A DNA stretch of 64,000 nt from a virus. Shown here one piece after another: positions 1 to 9,867 of this stretch. The stretch is from IMG/VR virus record IMGVR_UViG_3300046492_000199; one strand, given 5' to 3'. Every line of letters starts with the position of its first letter. The first letter of the stretch is position 1. Under the pieces are notes generated by a model, which was not told the DNA's origin, did no database searches, and saw only the letters and a list, made by a program, of their open reading frames with translations. The position numbers and the translations under genes are program-made.

Positions 1-139
1 CGGGACCGACAAGTACGACAGAATTTGCCGCGCTTCGCATCAAAATAGCGCTTAACCTATCCAAATCGTGATTTCTACCAACGAGATTGAAACCTACGTG
101 CTGCGCCAGATATTCAGAACCGCGAATCAGATAATCCAA
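1..139 (-). CDS. N-terminal fragment of ClpA/ClpB-like AAA+ ATPase (runs off left edge; not in ORF track)
   Basis: Manual translation from TTG at 139, after an AAGGAG RBS: MDYLIRGSEYLAQHVGFNLVGRNHDLDRLSAILMRSAANSVVLVGP. This matches the Clp NBD1 entry pattern (lvGR..el.rl..iL.R...N.vvLvGp) just before Walker A. Confidence 0.6.
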   Translation of the reverse strand, partial: MDYLIRGSEYLAQHVGFNLVGRNHDLDRLSAILMRSAANSVVLVGP

Positions 140-174
140 AATTTTTCTCCTTAAGTTCTTTTAGATAGATATGA

Positions 175-213
175 TTAAGGCGCTATTTAAAGCGCCTTAA
201 GTGATTTTGTCAA
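175..213 (-). promoter_or_regulatory. sigma70-like promoter with -10 in the loop of a perfect 10-bp palindrome
   Basis: Minus-strand TTGACA (213-208), 17 nt, TTAAAT (190-185). Arms are TTAAGGCGCT (175-184) and AGCGCCTTAA (191-200). Confidence 0.55.
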
Positions 214-227
214 GTGATTCTCTTCGT

Positions 228-1877
228 TTAAATCTTGAAAGGCGTGTCTTCGGCAGACTTAGAAGGCTGTTCCGTCGCTTCGATCTTGATCGAAGAGTGA
301 ACCGAAGCATTTTCCTTGACCGCGTCCTGCACCGATGAAGCAAGTTCTCGGATCGATTCAAGGTTCTGTTCAAGTTCAGCCACGTTTTCGCGTGTGATCT
401 TTGTGGCGTCGGCAACTACATCCTTGTACTGGTAAAGGTCTTCCATTGCCTTTACAAGCTCTTCGTTCACTTCGCCAGTTGCGACAGCCACTCTCATGCT
501 TTCCTTCATAGCAATTTCGTTCGTCGCATCATTCATCTGAACCATTGTATCACGAGCAATGGTTGCACTTTCAGCAATTGCGGCTTGGCCCACGGCCTGA
601 AGCACGGTAGAAAGTCGATCCGCAACGCCCGCAACGCCTTGAGTATGCATAACACGCACCTTCTCGACCTGAGACGAGTTTGAATCTGCCATGGTCTTAA
701 TTCGAACACTCTGCGTAGAAAGATCAGCAAAAGTCTTTTCAGTGTCAACGGCGGAACTTGAGAGCACAGTGAGATGATCGTCAATGGCGCGAAGTTCATT
801 GTCTCGCTTCATCTTAGTGATCATTGATTCTTCTTCGGCGGGTGTCGCTAGAGTTTCGCGCTTCGTCTTGATCTCCGAACCAGCTTCCTTAATACCTTCG
901 CCAAGGATGGCATATGCACTAATCATGGATTGGTTAGCATCGGTAAGATCATCGATTTGATCTCCCATACCGGTAAGACTGCCACGAATTCCGCCGAGAG
1001 CAGACTTAGAAACTGCCACGAATTTCTTAGCCTTTTCAACAGTGTTGGCAGAATTTCGCTGATGTTCTTCCGCCGAAAGATCGAGCATGGCGCGAATCGT
1101 AGCCTTGGCCTTGCCGAATTCCGAATCATCTTCAACAGAGACAGGAGCTTGAGCCGAAACTGCCGAAAGCTCTTGCTCCAAGCGAACAATATTGTCTTTG
1201 GCCTGAATGATAGAAATTTCATTCAAAGCGATCTTTTCGCGTGAGGATTGGCGCACCCCGAGCAGGCCGAACAGCGCTTTATCTTCGCTGAGTCGCGCAT
1301 TTTCATTGGTAAGATCGTTGATCAGTTGCTGAGTTGTTTCAAAGCGCTGCTTAATGCCGTTGATCTTGCCGTTGAATTCTGTCTCAACGCTACGGTCGTT
1401 GCGAATATCTGAGAAGATTTCGTTGGTCTTCCCTTCTTTTCTCACAACGTGCATCGCGTCGATGATTTCAAGGATTGGCTTCATCGCTTCATTGAATTCG
1501 ATAAGACCGTCATTCATTGTGGTATAAACTTGCTGAAGCTGAGCCGTGGTATTCGTATTGGTGACATCAATGATTTTACCAGCCATCGTTTCGCGCTGAA
1601 GCTGAAGAAATTCCTTGAATTCATCCAAAGCCTTAATCGTGGCCTTGTTTTCTTCCTTCGTGCCCACGGTAGCGAGAGTTTTCGCTACTGCTTTCTGCTT
1701 ATCTTCCGGCGAAAGCTCAGGATTAAGTACGATCTTGTAGAACGTGTTAGCCGCGATATTTTCGGCCCGCGTATCCTTGGCCGTTTCGGTCTGTACCGTC
1801 TTGGCCTTGACCCCGGTAATTTCCGCGATTCGCGCCTGACGTGCTTCCTTAAGCTTTGCTGCTCCAAAATCACTCAT
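228..1877 (-). CDS. 549-aa coiled-coil protein, possibly TelA/toxic-anion-resistance-like
   Basis: Long ORF with AGGAG RBS and heptad-rich helical sequence. The C-terminal part loosely resembles TelA; the family call is weak. Confidence 0.35.
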   Translation of the reverse strand: MSDFGAAKLKEARQARIAEITGVKAKTVQTETAKDTRAENIAANTFYKIVLNPELSPEDKQKAVAKTLATVGTKEENKATIKALDEFKEFLQLQRETMAGKIIDVTNTNTTAQLQQVYTTMNDGLIEFNEAMKPILEIIDAMHVVRKEGKTNEIFSDIRNDRSVETEFNGKINGIKQRFETTQQLINDLTNENARLSEDKALFGLLGVRQSSREKIALNEISIIQAKDNIVRLEQELSAVSAQAPVSVEDDSEFGKAKATIRAMLDLSAEEHQRNSANTVEKAKKFVAVSKSALGGIRGSLTGMGDQIDDLTDANQSMISAYAILGEGIKEAGSEIKTKRETLATPAEEESMITKMKRDNELRAIDDHLTVLSSSAVDTEKTFADLSTQSVRIKTMADSNSSQVEKVRVMHTQGVAGVADRLSTVLQAVGQAAIAESATIARDTMVQMNDATNEIAMKESMRVAVATGEVNEELVKAMEDLYQYKDVVADATKITRENVAELEQNLESIRELASSVQDAVKENASVHSSIKIEATEQPSKSAEDTPFKI

Positions 1878-2895
1878 AAATTTTCTCCTTTAGTTCGTTA
1901 ACTTCCATTTTCTGCCCATGCATCCAATGTTTGGTGGTCTGTATATGACCTTTCCTTACACACTTTGCAACATATTTTTTGAATTCTCCGAAAGAAAATT
2001 CACTTGCACTCCTAACGACATAACCTTCATGATTGTCCCACGACAAAGCTATGTTTTTAATAAGTTTTTCGTCATACATGCCTCGATACAGAACAGGAAC
2101 TGGCTCAATGTTTAATAGTTTAAACCACTCCAACGTCTCGTCCCATGAGAGACAAACGTTTTTATCGTTCCAGATGGAGAAGCCGTAAAAATAAGTTTCG
2201 AGATTATCATAACCGATGGAGTGTTTGGCATAAAGGTTTTCACCACAAACTCTCCAACGCTCAGGAATATCTACGGCAATGGAACTCCAAAAGTTTTTAA
2301 CCCAATTGCGACTAGGATGATTCCTGCCATCAAGACTTCTGGCGTGAATATAATCGCTATAAAGCGTAGTGTTCTCACCATCCATTTTCTCCGTCACAAC
2401 GACTTCCATACCGCTGAAAGCTGACATATCTCTTAGGATACGATCATCCTCATTCATGCCGGGAGACCATGGAACATGAGTCGTGCGTGGATATTTGACA
2501 TAATGAGTGAACAGTGGGAGCTTATCATGAAGTATCTTTTGAACCGATTCGTCAAAGAAAAGTTCTCCGATCAACCTAGTTCCATTCGGCAGGATTGGAT
2601 TTCCCCATTTGTCATACACCTGATCATCATAGAAATGCTCAGGGATAACCTTCTTCGTGATCCCGGCACGTTCTCTGATTTCCTCGACTGAAATGTCTGT
2701 AGCCTCGCAAGCTATGTGGTGAATTCCGCAGACGCTGGCCCCGTTATCGAGATAATAACCACCATCGGAAAAGAGTCGGCGTTCCAAGATATGATGTGCG
2801 TCAAGCTTTCCACCTATTCCGCAAACGACACAGCGATGACCGTCCCTGATAAAGACGCCCTCTCTGAAATCATCTCTGGTCAAAAGCTTTGCCAC
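1870..2895 (-). CDS. HNH endonuclease-like domain fused to RNA ligase (nucleotidyltransferase) domain
   Basis: N-terminus RDGHRCVVCG...LDAHHILER...LCxxHH-like (VCGIHH). C-terminus KYPRTTH, motif I TEKMDGEN, CGENLY, FYGFSIW, PVLYRG, EGYVVR. Confidence 0.85.
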   Translation of the reverse strand: MAKLLTRDDFREGVFIRDGHRCVVCGIGGKLDAHHILERRLFSDGGYYLDNGASVCGIHHIACEATDISVEEIRERAGITKKVIPEHFYDDQVYDKWGNPILPNGTRLIGELFFDESVQKILHDKLPLFTHYVKYPRTTHVPWSPGMNEDDRILRDMSAFSGMEVVVTEKMDGENTTLYSDYIHARSLDGRNHPSRNWVKNFWSSIAVDIPERWRVCGENLYAKHSIGYDNLETYFYGFSIWNDKNVCLSWDETLEWFKLLNIEPVPVLYRGMYDEKLIKNIALSWDNHEGYVVRSASEFSFGEFKKYVAKCVRKGHIQTTKHWMHGQKMEVNELKEKIYE

Positions 2896-2896
2896 T

Positions 2897-3226
2897 TTAA
2901 TAATCCGCCTCCGTCTGATATTTAAAATTCATATAACCGTCGAGATAATTTTCAATGTTAGCCGCCCCGACAGGATTTTGACTATGGACGTACCACTCAA
3001 AATCCGGCCCGATCAGTGTTCCACCTCTATCCTCATCCAGATCAACTAGATACTTGGCACACTCGTAGCCACTAAGGCTGTCATCTCCAAGATCGTGATC
3101 AAAGCTAATGAATTTGATCGGCGTTTTTGCGTAAAGCACTGCGTCAACGAATTCGTTATAATTCCTTACAATAACGAAGTCAAGGTAATTCGCGGGCAGG
3201 CGTTCGTCATCTAGAAAAATGTTCAT
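2897..3226 (-). CDS. Cyclic-phosphate-processing receiver (cREC)-like domain protein
   Basis: IFLDDER...ISFDHDLG...GYECAKYL...VHSQNPVGAANI motif set, adjacent to the RNA ligase gene. Confidence 0.75.
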   Translation of the reverse strand: MNIFLDDERLPANYLDFVIVRNYNEFVDAVLYAKTPIKFISFDHDLGDDSLSGYECAKYLVDLDEDRGGTLIGPDFEWYVHSQNPVGAANIENYLDGYMNFKYQTEADY

Positions 3227-3407
3227 CAAGTCACCGCGAAATAGATGCACCATGCCAGCAGTGATACAATCACAGCCGTTCCCATAAAAAGAGGAGCAAA
3301 AAACGCTCCTACCAAGGGATCATCTTCGCGCATGACGAGAATTACCGCAGTCGTTATACTAATAAAAGTAACAAGGGCAGGAATACCCCAATAACCAATA
3401 ACAATTG

Positions 3408-3743
3408 TCACTTCAAATCACCTTCCTTAAATTCTGGCATGGTCACGACAGCTTTATAAAATGCCATCTTACCGTCACGATAATAAGTGTCGGTAATATC
3501 GCCACCGATGCCTTGCTCCCATTTCGACGTTACCTTGAACAGAATGCCGGGGAACATTTTAGAAACGGGAAGCATTGCCTCGTTCATCTCATCGTCATAA
3601 ACGCTTTCACCGTAAAACAGGTACTTCTTATCCGCAGCTTGGGCCACAACATCTTCCGCCCTACCTTTGAACATGACGAGCATAGCGTTAAACGCCAAGT
3701 CGTGGCCAGTATATGTTAGAAAATGATCAACTTGATATCCCAT
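3408..3743 (-). CDS. hypothetical protein
   Basis: ORF with RBS in a tightly packed minus-strand operon. Confidence 0.6.
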   Translation of the reverse strand: MGYQVDHFLTYTGHDLAFNAMLVMFKGRAEDVVAQAADKKYLFYGESVYDDEMNEAMLPVSKMFPGILFKVTSKWEQGIGGDITDTYYRDGKMAFYKAVVTMPEFKEGDLK

Positions 3744-4117
3744 TACTTTTCTCCTTCTTCCATCTCTTGTACTCCTTGATATAATGTTCAGGCACGATAG
3801 CCGTCATAACGCCGAGACTGTCTCTAAACATTGGGTCTAACTTACCGTCAATCACTTTTGCATAAGAAAACACATCACCTTTGACGCGTTCCAACGCTTC
3901 TACCCCGCCATTTTCAGTCACGATCCAGATGTATTCAGGACTGGTCAATATCCACTCCATTCCGCGATCTTCTTACCGATAATAAATGGCAAGGCAACAA
4001 CGATTACGATGGGCCACAACACTGAGGCCCAAAATACGTCTGACAAGCCCATCCTGCGAAAGAAGCCAAGTGCAACGAACATGCTGAAGAAGTAAAGGAT
4101 AATGTAAATCATGTCAG

Positions 4118-4558
4118 TTATACTCCAAAATAGAGACGGTCATAGATTGAGGCGGCGCGGAATTTGGTGAATTCATGACTACAATCCACTTCGCCGTAGT
4201 AATCTTGCCAATAGTGAGTCGAGAAGCCTTCGATCACGAACCACTCATCTTCTTTGATCTCATTCACGCCGATCATTTCTTTGATGGTGTATGATAGGCC
4301 AGCGCCGAACTCGGCTTCATACGCCGCCGCGCCACCTTCATATTGAATTTCATATATGCCCCAATCATCACCGTCAACATACTCTATCTGAAACAGAATT
4401 GTGGAAGGCTCGGCAGGATTAGGACATTCATATTCTTCATCTTCATCTATTCCGTCGATCACGGTCCAATCTTCGGCATCAATTACCGCTGCGGCCCTGT
4501 CACGCATGATAGCCACACCTTCAGCGATATCATCTTCTCTAATTTTTACTTCGACCAC
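4118..4558 (-). CDS. acidic hypothetical protein
   Basis: 146-aa ORF in the operon, overlapping or abutting its neighbours. Confidence 0.6.
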   Translation of the reverse strand: MVEVKIREDDIAEGVAIMRDRAAAVIDAEDWTVIDGIDEDEEYECPNPAEPSTILFQIEYVDGDDWGIYEIQYEGGAAAYEAEFGAGLSYTIKEMIGVNEIKEDEWFVIEGFSTHYWQDYYGEVDCSHEFTKFRAASIYDRLYFGV

Positions 4559-4725
4559 TTACTTCTTCTCCCGGCATGATAATGCCCCAATAAACTGTGA
4601 ACAGATCGACCGTGCCGATTCGTTCCATTTTAAGGCAATGGACCTTACGAATCGTGTCCGCCGTGCCTACCTTAAATTCAAATCCGGGTGAAGCGATGCA
4701 GTTACCGATTTCTCCTCGCCACGTT

Positions 4726-5298
4726 TCATGCTTGATTTGGTAAACCATTTTCCCTTGCTCCTAACTTTATAGGTCGATCCTGTTGAGCTTTTAAACCTTC
4801 AACAGTAACCTTGTCATTCTTTTCCCAACCTTCTTCTAGGGCGAGAATGTACAGGGACAGTTTAAGATTCTTTGCCAAGATTTGTTCCATCGCTTCTGCA
4901 TCACCGTCTAGAGCGTTTAGCTTTCTGAAGTAGTGCTTGCCGCGAATCGGTGGCGGAACTTTACCACCATTTTCAATTATTTTAGCTTTGAATTTTTCAA
5001 AATTTTCGGTGCCTCGGCGCTGGTTGCAGGACCAATGACTGAGAGGAACGTTCTCCTTAGCACTCGAACCACCTTTAGATTTGAGATGCACATGCTCAAA
5101 CGTGGCATTACTTTTCGGCGTCTTGCTTTTGTGCTTCCCGACGCTGATCGTCATAGGTTTGCTACAGAGACAGCACAACCCATCTTGTTGCTTGAACAGT
5201 GCCACCTTTTTTCTATGCTGTCGCCTTACCCACGCCTCTGGTATGGCGGGAATAAGGGCTTCGTACACGATAAGCTGTTGCTGCTGTTCCGGCGTCAT
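4726..5298 (-). CDS. HNH endonuclease
   Basis: CCLC...ATFEHVHLKSKGGSSAKENVPLSHWSCNQRRG. Confidence 0.75.
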   Translation of the reverse strand: MTPEQQQQLIVYEALIPAIPEAWVRRQHRKKVALFKQQDGLCCLCSKPMTISVGKHKSKTPKSNATFEHVHLKSKGGSSAKENVPLSHWSCNQRRGTENFEKFKAKIIENGGKVPPPIRGKHYFRKLNALDGDAEAMEQILAKNLKLSLYILALEEGWEKNDKVTVEGLKAQQDRPIKLGARENGLPNQA

Positions 5299-5309
5299 GG
5301 CACTCCTCT

Positions 5310-5969
5310 TTATATCTCGTCAGCTTCTGCGAATTTTCTCGACCTGAGCGCGGAGCAGACACCTTCAGTAATTTGCCTACCAGTTGCGCCGAGAATCAAG
5401 CGTTCTGTTAATTTCGTCATATTCTCTTTAGCCAGATATGGCAAGCTTAAATTTTTGCAAAGCTGGACAAGTTCGTCGCGCCACAGCAAATTGAGCATGG
5501 CTCTGGTATCAGGTGTGTCATACAAACCCTTGATTTTCCACGTCTGATCCATGTAGCGATTTGAATTCCGTAACGGCTCTGGATAGGTCCAGACAAAATC
5601 TTTGACATGACTGCCGACTATTTCTGTCAATGGTGGGCTAGGATCGTAACGCGTACCACCATTATTGGCATAATCTTTCGCGACAAAAAACTTTTTATCG
5701 AGCACGAGAAAGGTTTGATGTGAGCAGCGTTTAAACGCTTTCCACTGATGATCCAAACGCTTAAGTACGTCTTTCTCACTCTTAATTTCAAATAATAAAA
5801 TTTCAGAAAGACCAACAACGGCTAGATCGGCACGAGGACTTCCTGTCCCTGCCGTATTTAGTTCATGGATTATTCGTGAACAGGGTCTAACTTGTCTGAT
5901 TTTATCAATGACTGTATTTCTAATTTCGCGCTCTACCGAACTGCCTGCCATAACGGGGATAAATCTCAT
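5310..5969 (-). CDS. sce7726-like PD-(D/E)XK nuclease-fold protein
   Basis: RADLAV...FEIKSEKDVLKRLDHQ and C-terminal LLWRDEL. Confidence 0.6.
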   Translation of the reverse strand: MRFIPVMAGSSVEREIRNTVIDKIRQVRPCSRIIHELNTAGTGSPRADLAVVGLSEILLFEIKSEKDVLKRLDHQWKAFKRCSHQTFLVLDKKFFVAKDYANNGGTRYDPSPPLTEIVGSHVKDFVWTYPEPLRNSNRYMDQTWKIKGLYDTPDTRAMLNLLWRDELVQLCKNLSLPYLAKENMTKLTERLILGATGRQITEGVCSALRSRKFAEADEI

Positions 5970-6188
5970 TTTTGTGTTGTGAATAAATGTTCATAATATT
6001 ATATGAAGTGACTTTGGAGGTATCAATTTCGCTGGTGATTAGCCATTGAGCCAAGTGCCTTCCGATTTCATAACGTGGTCCTGTGAAATAATCATAATCA
6101 TCAATTCTAGAAGGTAAATCATTTAACCTGTCACAAAAGCCAGCAAACATGGCGTCATAAACTGAATGGAACGTCATTAAAATTCCTA

Positions 6189-6237
6189 TTGACTTATTGA
6201 ATTTAGCTGTTATAAACGACGAATTACAAAAAGTCAA
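6189..6237. promoter_or_regulatory. overlapping face-to-face promoter pair at strand switch
   Basis: Plus strand TTGACT (6189-94), 16 nt, TATAAA (6211-16). Minus strand TTGACT (6237-32), 17 nt, TATAAC (6214-09). Confidence 0.6.
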
Positions 6238-7228
6238 GCAAAATGATTATAACCTTTAAACATAAAGGATCAGTATGTCCGCCACCAGCGCAGCAACTAA
6301 AAGCAAGTTTAAAGAAGTTTATATCGATGGAGAGCGCTATGTAAGTGACGAACTTGAGGCGCAGATTAAGTGGCTCAAGGTCAGGAGTGAAGAGATTTTC
6401 CACGGCTCCATTGATGATCGCGCCTCTCTCACCAAACTTTATCAAATTATAGGGATGATTTCAGTTGAAAATAATTAATTATATTTGTTACGCCGTTACC
6501 ATTTTAATCGTCGGTTCTTTTCTTTATAATTATCAACTAACCTACGCCATTCTGCTCCTCCTGTTAGGAGCAAATTAATGAGCGCACCAACTCTCTTAGC
6601 ACCTGTATTTTTCGCTATTTCGATGTGCCTTGTTATGACGTGGCTCTGCATCGGTTTGGAAAATTATCTTGTCAATGAACGGGCGAGAAGCATTCTTTCG
6701 TGGATTTCCCCCGTTTTCCTTGTCGCGATTCCTGTATCGCTGACTTTTTATCTTTTTGGAACAAATCCGTCATGAAATTAGCTTTTAAAAAATCACACCC
6801 TCCCGGCTTTGTCGAAGTGAGGTACGGAAGCTTGTTGCTTTATAGCAACAAGGAATTTGAGAAGGCGGTTAATTGGGTAAAGTTGCATTATAAGTTGACA
6901 GATAAACAATTAGCTGCAATTGTCAGGGAATATGAAAAGGAGGATTGAAAATGAATGAAGAGCTAACCCTAGATCGTTACGCCGTGTTCGAAGATTACGC
7001 CATCCCCCATCCAACAGGCGCTTTTGTCCGATTCACAGACGTTGCCACTTTGATTAGTCGACTCTGCATGGTGATTGAGGCACACAACGGCGCGGCAAAC
7101 AGCCCTGCAAATGCTGTGTTCATGGCGTCTCCTCCTATGGTTTGGGACGCCGTAATTGATAGAGACCTTGCCATTGCGGCTGAGGTTTGGGCCGAATTCG
7201 CCACGGCTAACTTAATTTAAGCTACCTT

Positions 7229-7579
7229 ATGTCGAAACATCATAATTTATCAAAACTCGATAGAGCTTTTGTCAAAATCTATCGAGAGGAAGCTCTATTG
7301 AGCCAAGACAAGAAGTGCTGCTATTGCCACGAGCCTTTGTCATTTAAAAGCGTCACGGCGGAGCATAAGCAGCCAAGAAGCAAGAATGGGTCCGACGCTA
7401 AGGAAAACATTGCAGGCTCTTGTAGGGCTTGCAATGAGGCAAAGGGAGCCATTACTGACGCCAAGTTCAAGAAACTTATTAAAAGTTTTCCAAGCGGCAT
7501 GAGCTACAAGATAATTTTGACATGGTCGAGGCGCAGGATCAACTTGGCGCTTGAGAGATTTGAGAAAGGTTGGAGCTAG
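7229..7579 (+). CDS. HNH endonuclease
   Basis: CCYC...TAEHKQPRSKNGSDAKENIAGSCRACNEAKG. Confidence 0.8.
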   Translation: MSKHHNLSKLDRAFVKIYREEALLSQDKKCCYCHEPLSFKSVTAEHKQPRSKNGSDAKENIAGSCRACNEAKGAITDAKFKKLIKSFPSGMSYKIILTWSRRRINLALERFEKGWS

Positions 7580-8424
7580 TGACCAAAATCACATGGTTAA
7601 TCGACAATCACATGTTTGATCGCAGTCCGCTGTATCGGAACATGGATGAAAATTTTAAAGAATTAGGAATTCCTTATTATTATGCCCAATACATCCCTTT
7701 CGCTGACGCGAAAGACCAAGATTATGGGCCATTCAAAGACGGCGATCCCGTTGTGATCTACGGCTCGATTAATTTCGTCAAGAAATGTCCAAGAGTCTTC
7801 GTTCCCGGCGCTTATGGTTACACCCAAAATCGTCAGTGCAACGTCTATATGACGAATATCCCTCATGATTGGTTCCTCAACTCTGACTATATCATGCTGC
7901 CTTGGGGCGACCTTAAGGCGAGATGGAAAGAGGTTTATGTCGATCTGCTTAAGTGCTACGAAATTTTTATCCGCCCCATGAGTGGGGATAAGAGTTTCAC
8001 TGGCCAAGCCATATTCTACAGTGATTTCCTGTTCGAAGCAAATTCGACGCAGCAACTGACTTCTGTCACGGATGAGACAATCGTCATGATCGCGAAGTCG
8101 AAGAAGCAGGAAATTAAGGGTGAATTCAGATTCATCATTGGCGCTGGTGAAGTCATCGCCGGTTCGGAATATCGTTGGGACGGAAATCTGGATATTCGTA
8201 GGGATTGGCCCGCTGAGTGTGAAGCCTTGGCAAAACAAGTAGCCGAACTTCCGTGGCAACTCGACACGGTCTACACCTGTGACGTTGCCCTGATGGCAGA
8301 TGGCGTTCCTAAAATTGTGGAACTAAATGGGTTTGCCAGCGCTGGCTGGTACGCCGCAGATCAAAAGAAAATTATTTCAAGAGTGACAGAAATTGCAGAG
8401 GCTGAACATGCCGAAAACATTTGA
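7570..8424 (+). CDS. ATP-grasp domain protein, R2K-clade-like
   Basis: IFIRPMSGDKSFTG, EFRFII, YTCDVA, KIVELNGFASAGWY (ExN metal ligands). Confidence 0.7.
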   Translation: MELVTKITWLIDNHMFDRSPLYRNMDENFKELGIPYYYAQYIPFADAKDQDYGPFKDGDPVVIYGSINFVKKCPRVFVPGAYGYTQNRQCNVYMTNIPHDWFLNSDYIMLPWGDLKARWKEVYVDLLKCYEIFIRPMSGDKSFTGQAIFYSDFLFEANSTQQLTSVTDETIVMIAKSKKQEIKGEFRFIIGAGEVIAGSEYRWDGNLDIRRDWPAECEALAKQVAELPWQLDTVYTCDVALMADGVPKIVELNGFASAGWYAADQKKIISRVTEIAEAEHAENI

Positions 8425-8598
8425 TTATGTCGTGGCTCGTCATTGGGATAATGGTTCGAAGTGTATCTACACCTATCACACTCAGGTCCATCACGGCTCG
8501 ATAGAGAGTGCTAGAAACTTGCTGGATTACGTCAAACGTCGAAGTCCGGAACACAACGATTACAAAATTTATAAAATTAATTATGAGGAAGTTGAATA

Positions 8599-9423
8599 GT
8601 GGGAAGTTTTCATAAAGTCTGTGGCATCACTGGTATGACGATTCAATGGGGCGAGCCGTGCTACGTGACACGTTTGGAGCGCCAGAAGCATGTGTATCGC
8701 CAAGGCGCTATTATTTTCAAACCGGATCAGGAGTGGCAACCCATTTCTTTCCCACAACTCACGTCATACTATGATTATGGCAGAGTTGATGAAGATTTCA
8801 AGCCGAATCCTCTCAATGAATTTCTTGGTCTTAACGTTGAAGATGGTGAAGAAGATAGGACCATTGATACGGACGATCTTGGCGCTGAATATAGCGTGTC
8901 TGACACTCTATTCCTTATCCATCCACAGGCCTACCAGAAATTTAGCTCTAAAGTGATCGATCCTGATGACCTGTTCAACTATCGGCGTACAATCTTCGAA
9001 ACGGGACCGTCTTATTTCATTGATGCGTTCGAAGAGGCTAAGAAGATGACGGAATCCGCTCTTCCCGACGATCCAGTCAAACATTACATGTTTCATATGT
9101 ACCTAGAGAATTCTCACGCCTTTGGCTGGAACCATAGCAAGATTGGTTGGAAAATTTTTAATAAAATCAATGATGCTAAATCTTATGAACCGTTGGACCG
9201 CGCCGTTAGCCTTGGACTGGCAGAAGAACTTTATAAGCAATTCATCTTTGAGACCAATATGGATCAGATGTGGAAAAGTTATAGGCCTTCGAATTATGGC
9301 GGGCAATACGATAACTATGAGACCTATCTTGAATTGGCCGATGTGATGATTGAAATCGCGGCAGAGAAGCGGCTCAAGATCGATGCTGAAGATGGCGATT
9401 ACGATGAAGACGAGGATTTGTGA
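8599..9423 (+). CDS. hypothetical phage protein
   Basis: 274-aa ORF beginning MGSFHKVCGITG, with an acidic tail; translationally coupled to the upstream gene. Confidence 0.6.
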   Translation: MGSFHKVCGITGMTIQWGEPCYVTRLERQKHVYRQGAIIFKPDQEWQPISFPQLTSYYDYGRVDEDFKPNPLNEFLGLNVEDGEEDRTIDTDDLGAEYSVSDTLFLIHPQAYQKFSSKVIDPDDLFNYRRTIFETGPSYFIDAFEEAKKMTESALPDDPVKHYMFHMYLENSHAFGWNHSKIGWKIFNKINDAKSYEPLDRAVSLGLAEELYKQFIFETNMDQMWKSYRPSNYGGQYDNYETYLELADVMIEIAAEKRLKIDAEDGDYDEDEDL

Positions 9424-9867
9424 CATGGCAGTTCCAGTTGATTTTCCCGGCGCTAACCTAACCCTTGGTCCACCGAAAGGTATGACTGAGGAAGAGGTAC
9501 GCAGCATGCCGGTCCATCATGCAAAGAATCACTTCATTTCTTGTTGGTATTTATCCGATTCTGAGATCGAAGAGATAGTCAGGACTCGCTGCGTTTGGCA
9601 AACTTTGATGGGTAGCGGGGCTCAACCAAGCTTCATTAGTGGCTCCTTAAATGATGTGATTGATCTAGTTTATGACCAAAACGAGGCAATTTAGGCGTGA
9701 CGCCAACCTCTCCTCGAAAATAAATCCATGCATTTTCAAAGACTTATGAAAAAGTAATCAAAAGAGGTTACTTTTCACGGAACATTTCTTTATGTTATCC
9801 ATTATTCCGTCAGACAAACGCAAGGGGCGGTGTCACAAACAACGGAAACGAAACAGGAGAAAATGTC

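Noticed and set aside
4933-5547. 204-aa + strand ORF (likewise 9802-10311, 52548-53201, 56562-57110 and similar long antisense ORFs)
   Set aside because: They lie opposite well-supported genes, lack RBS or motifs, and have non-protein-like composition.
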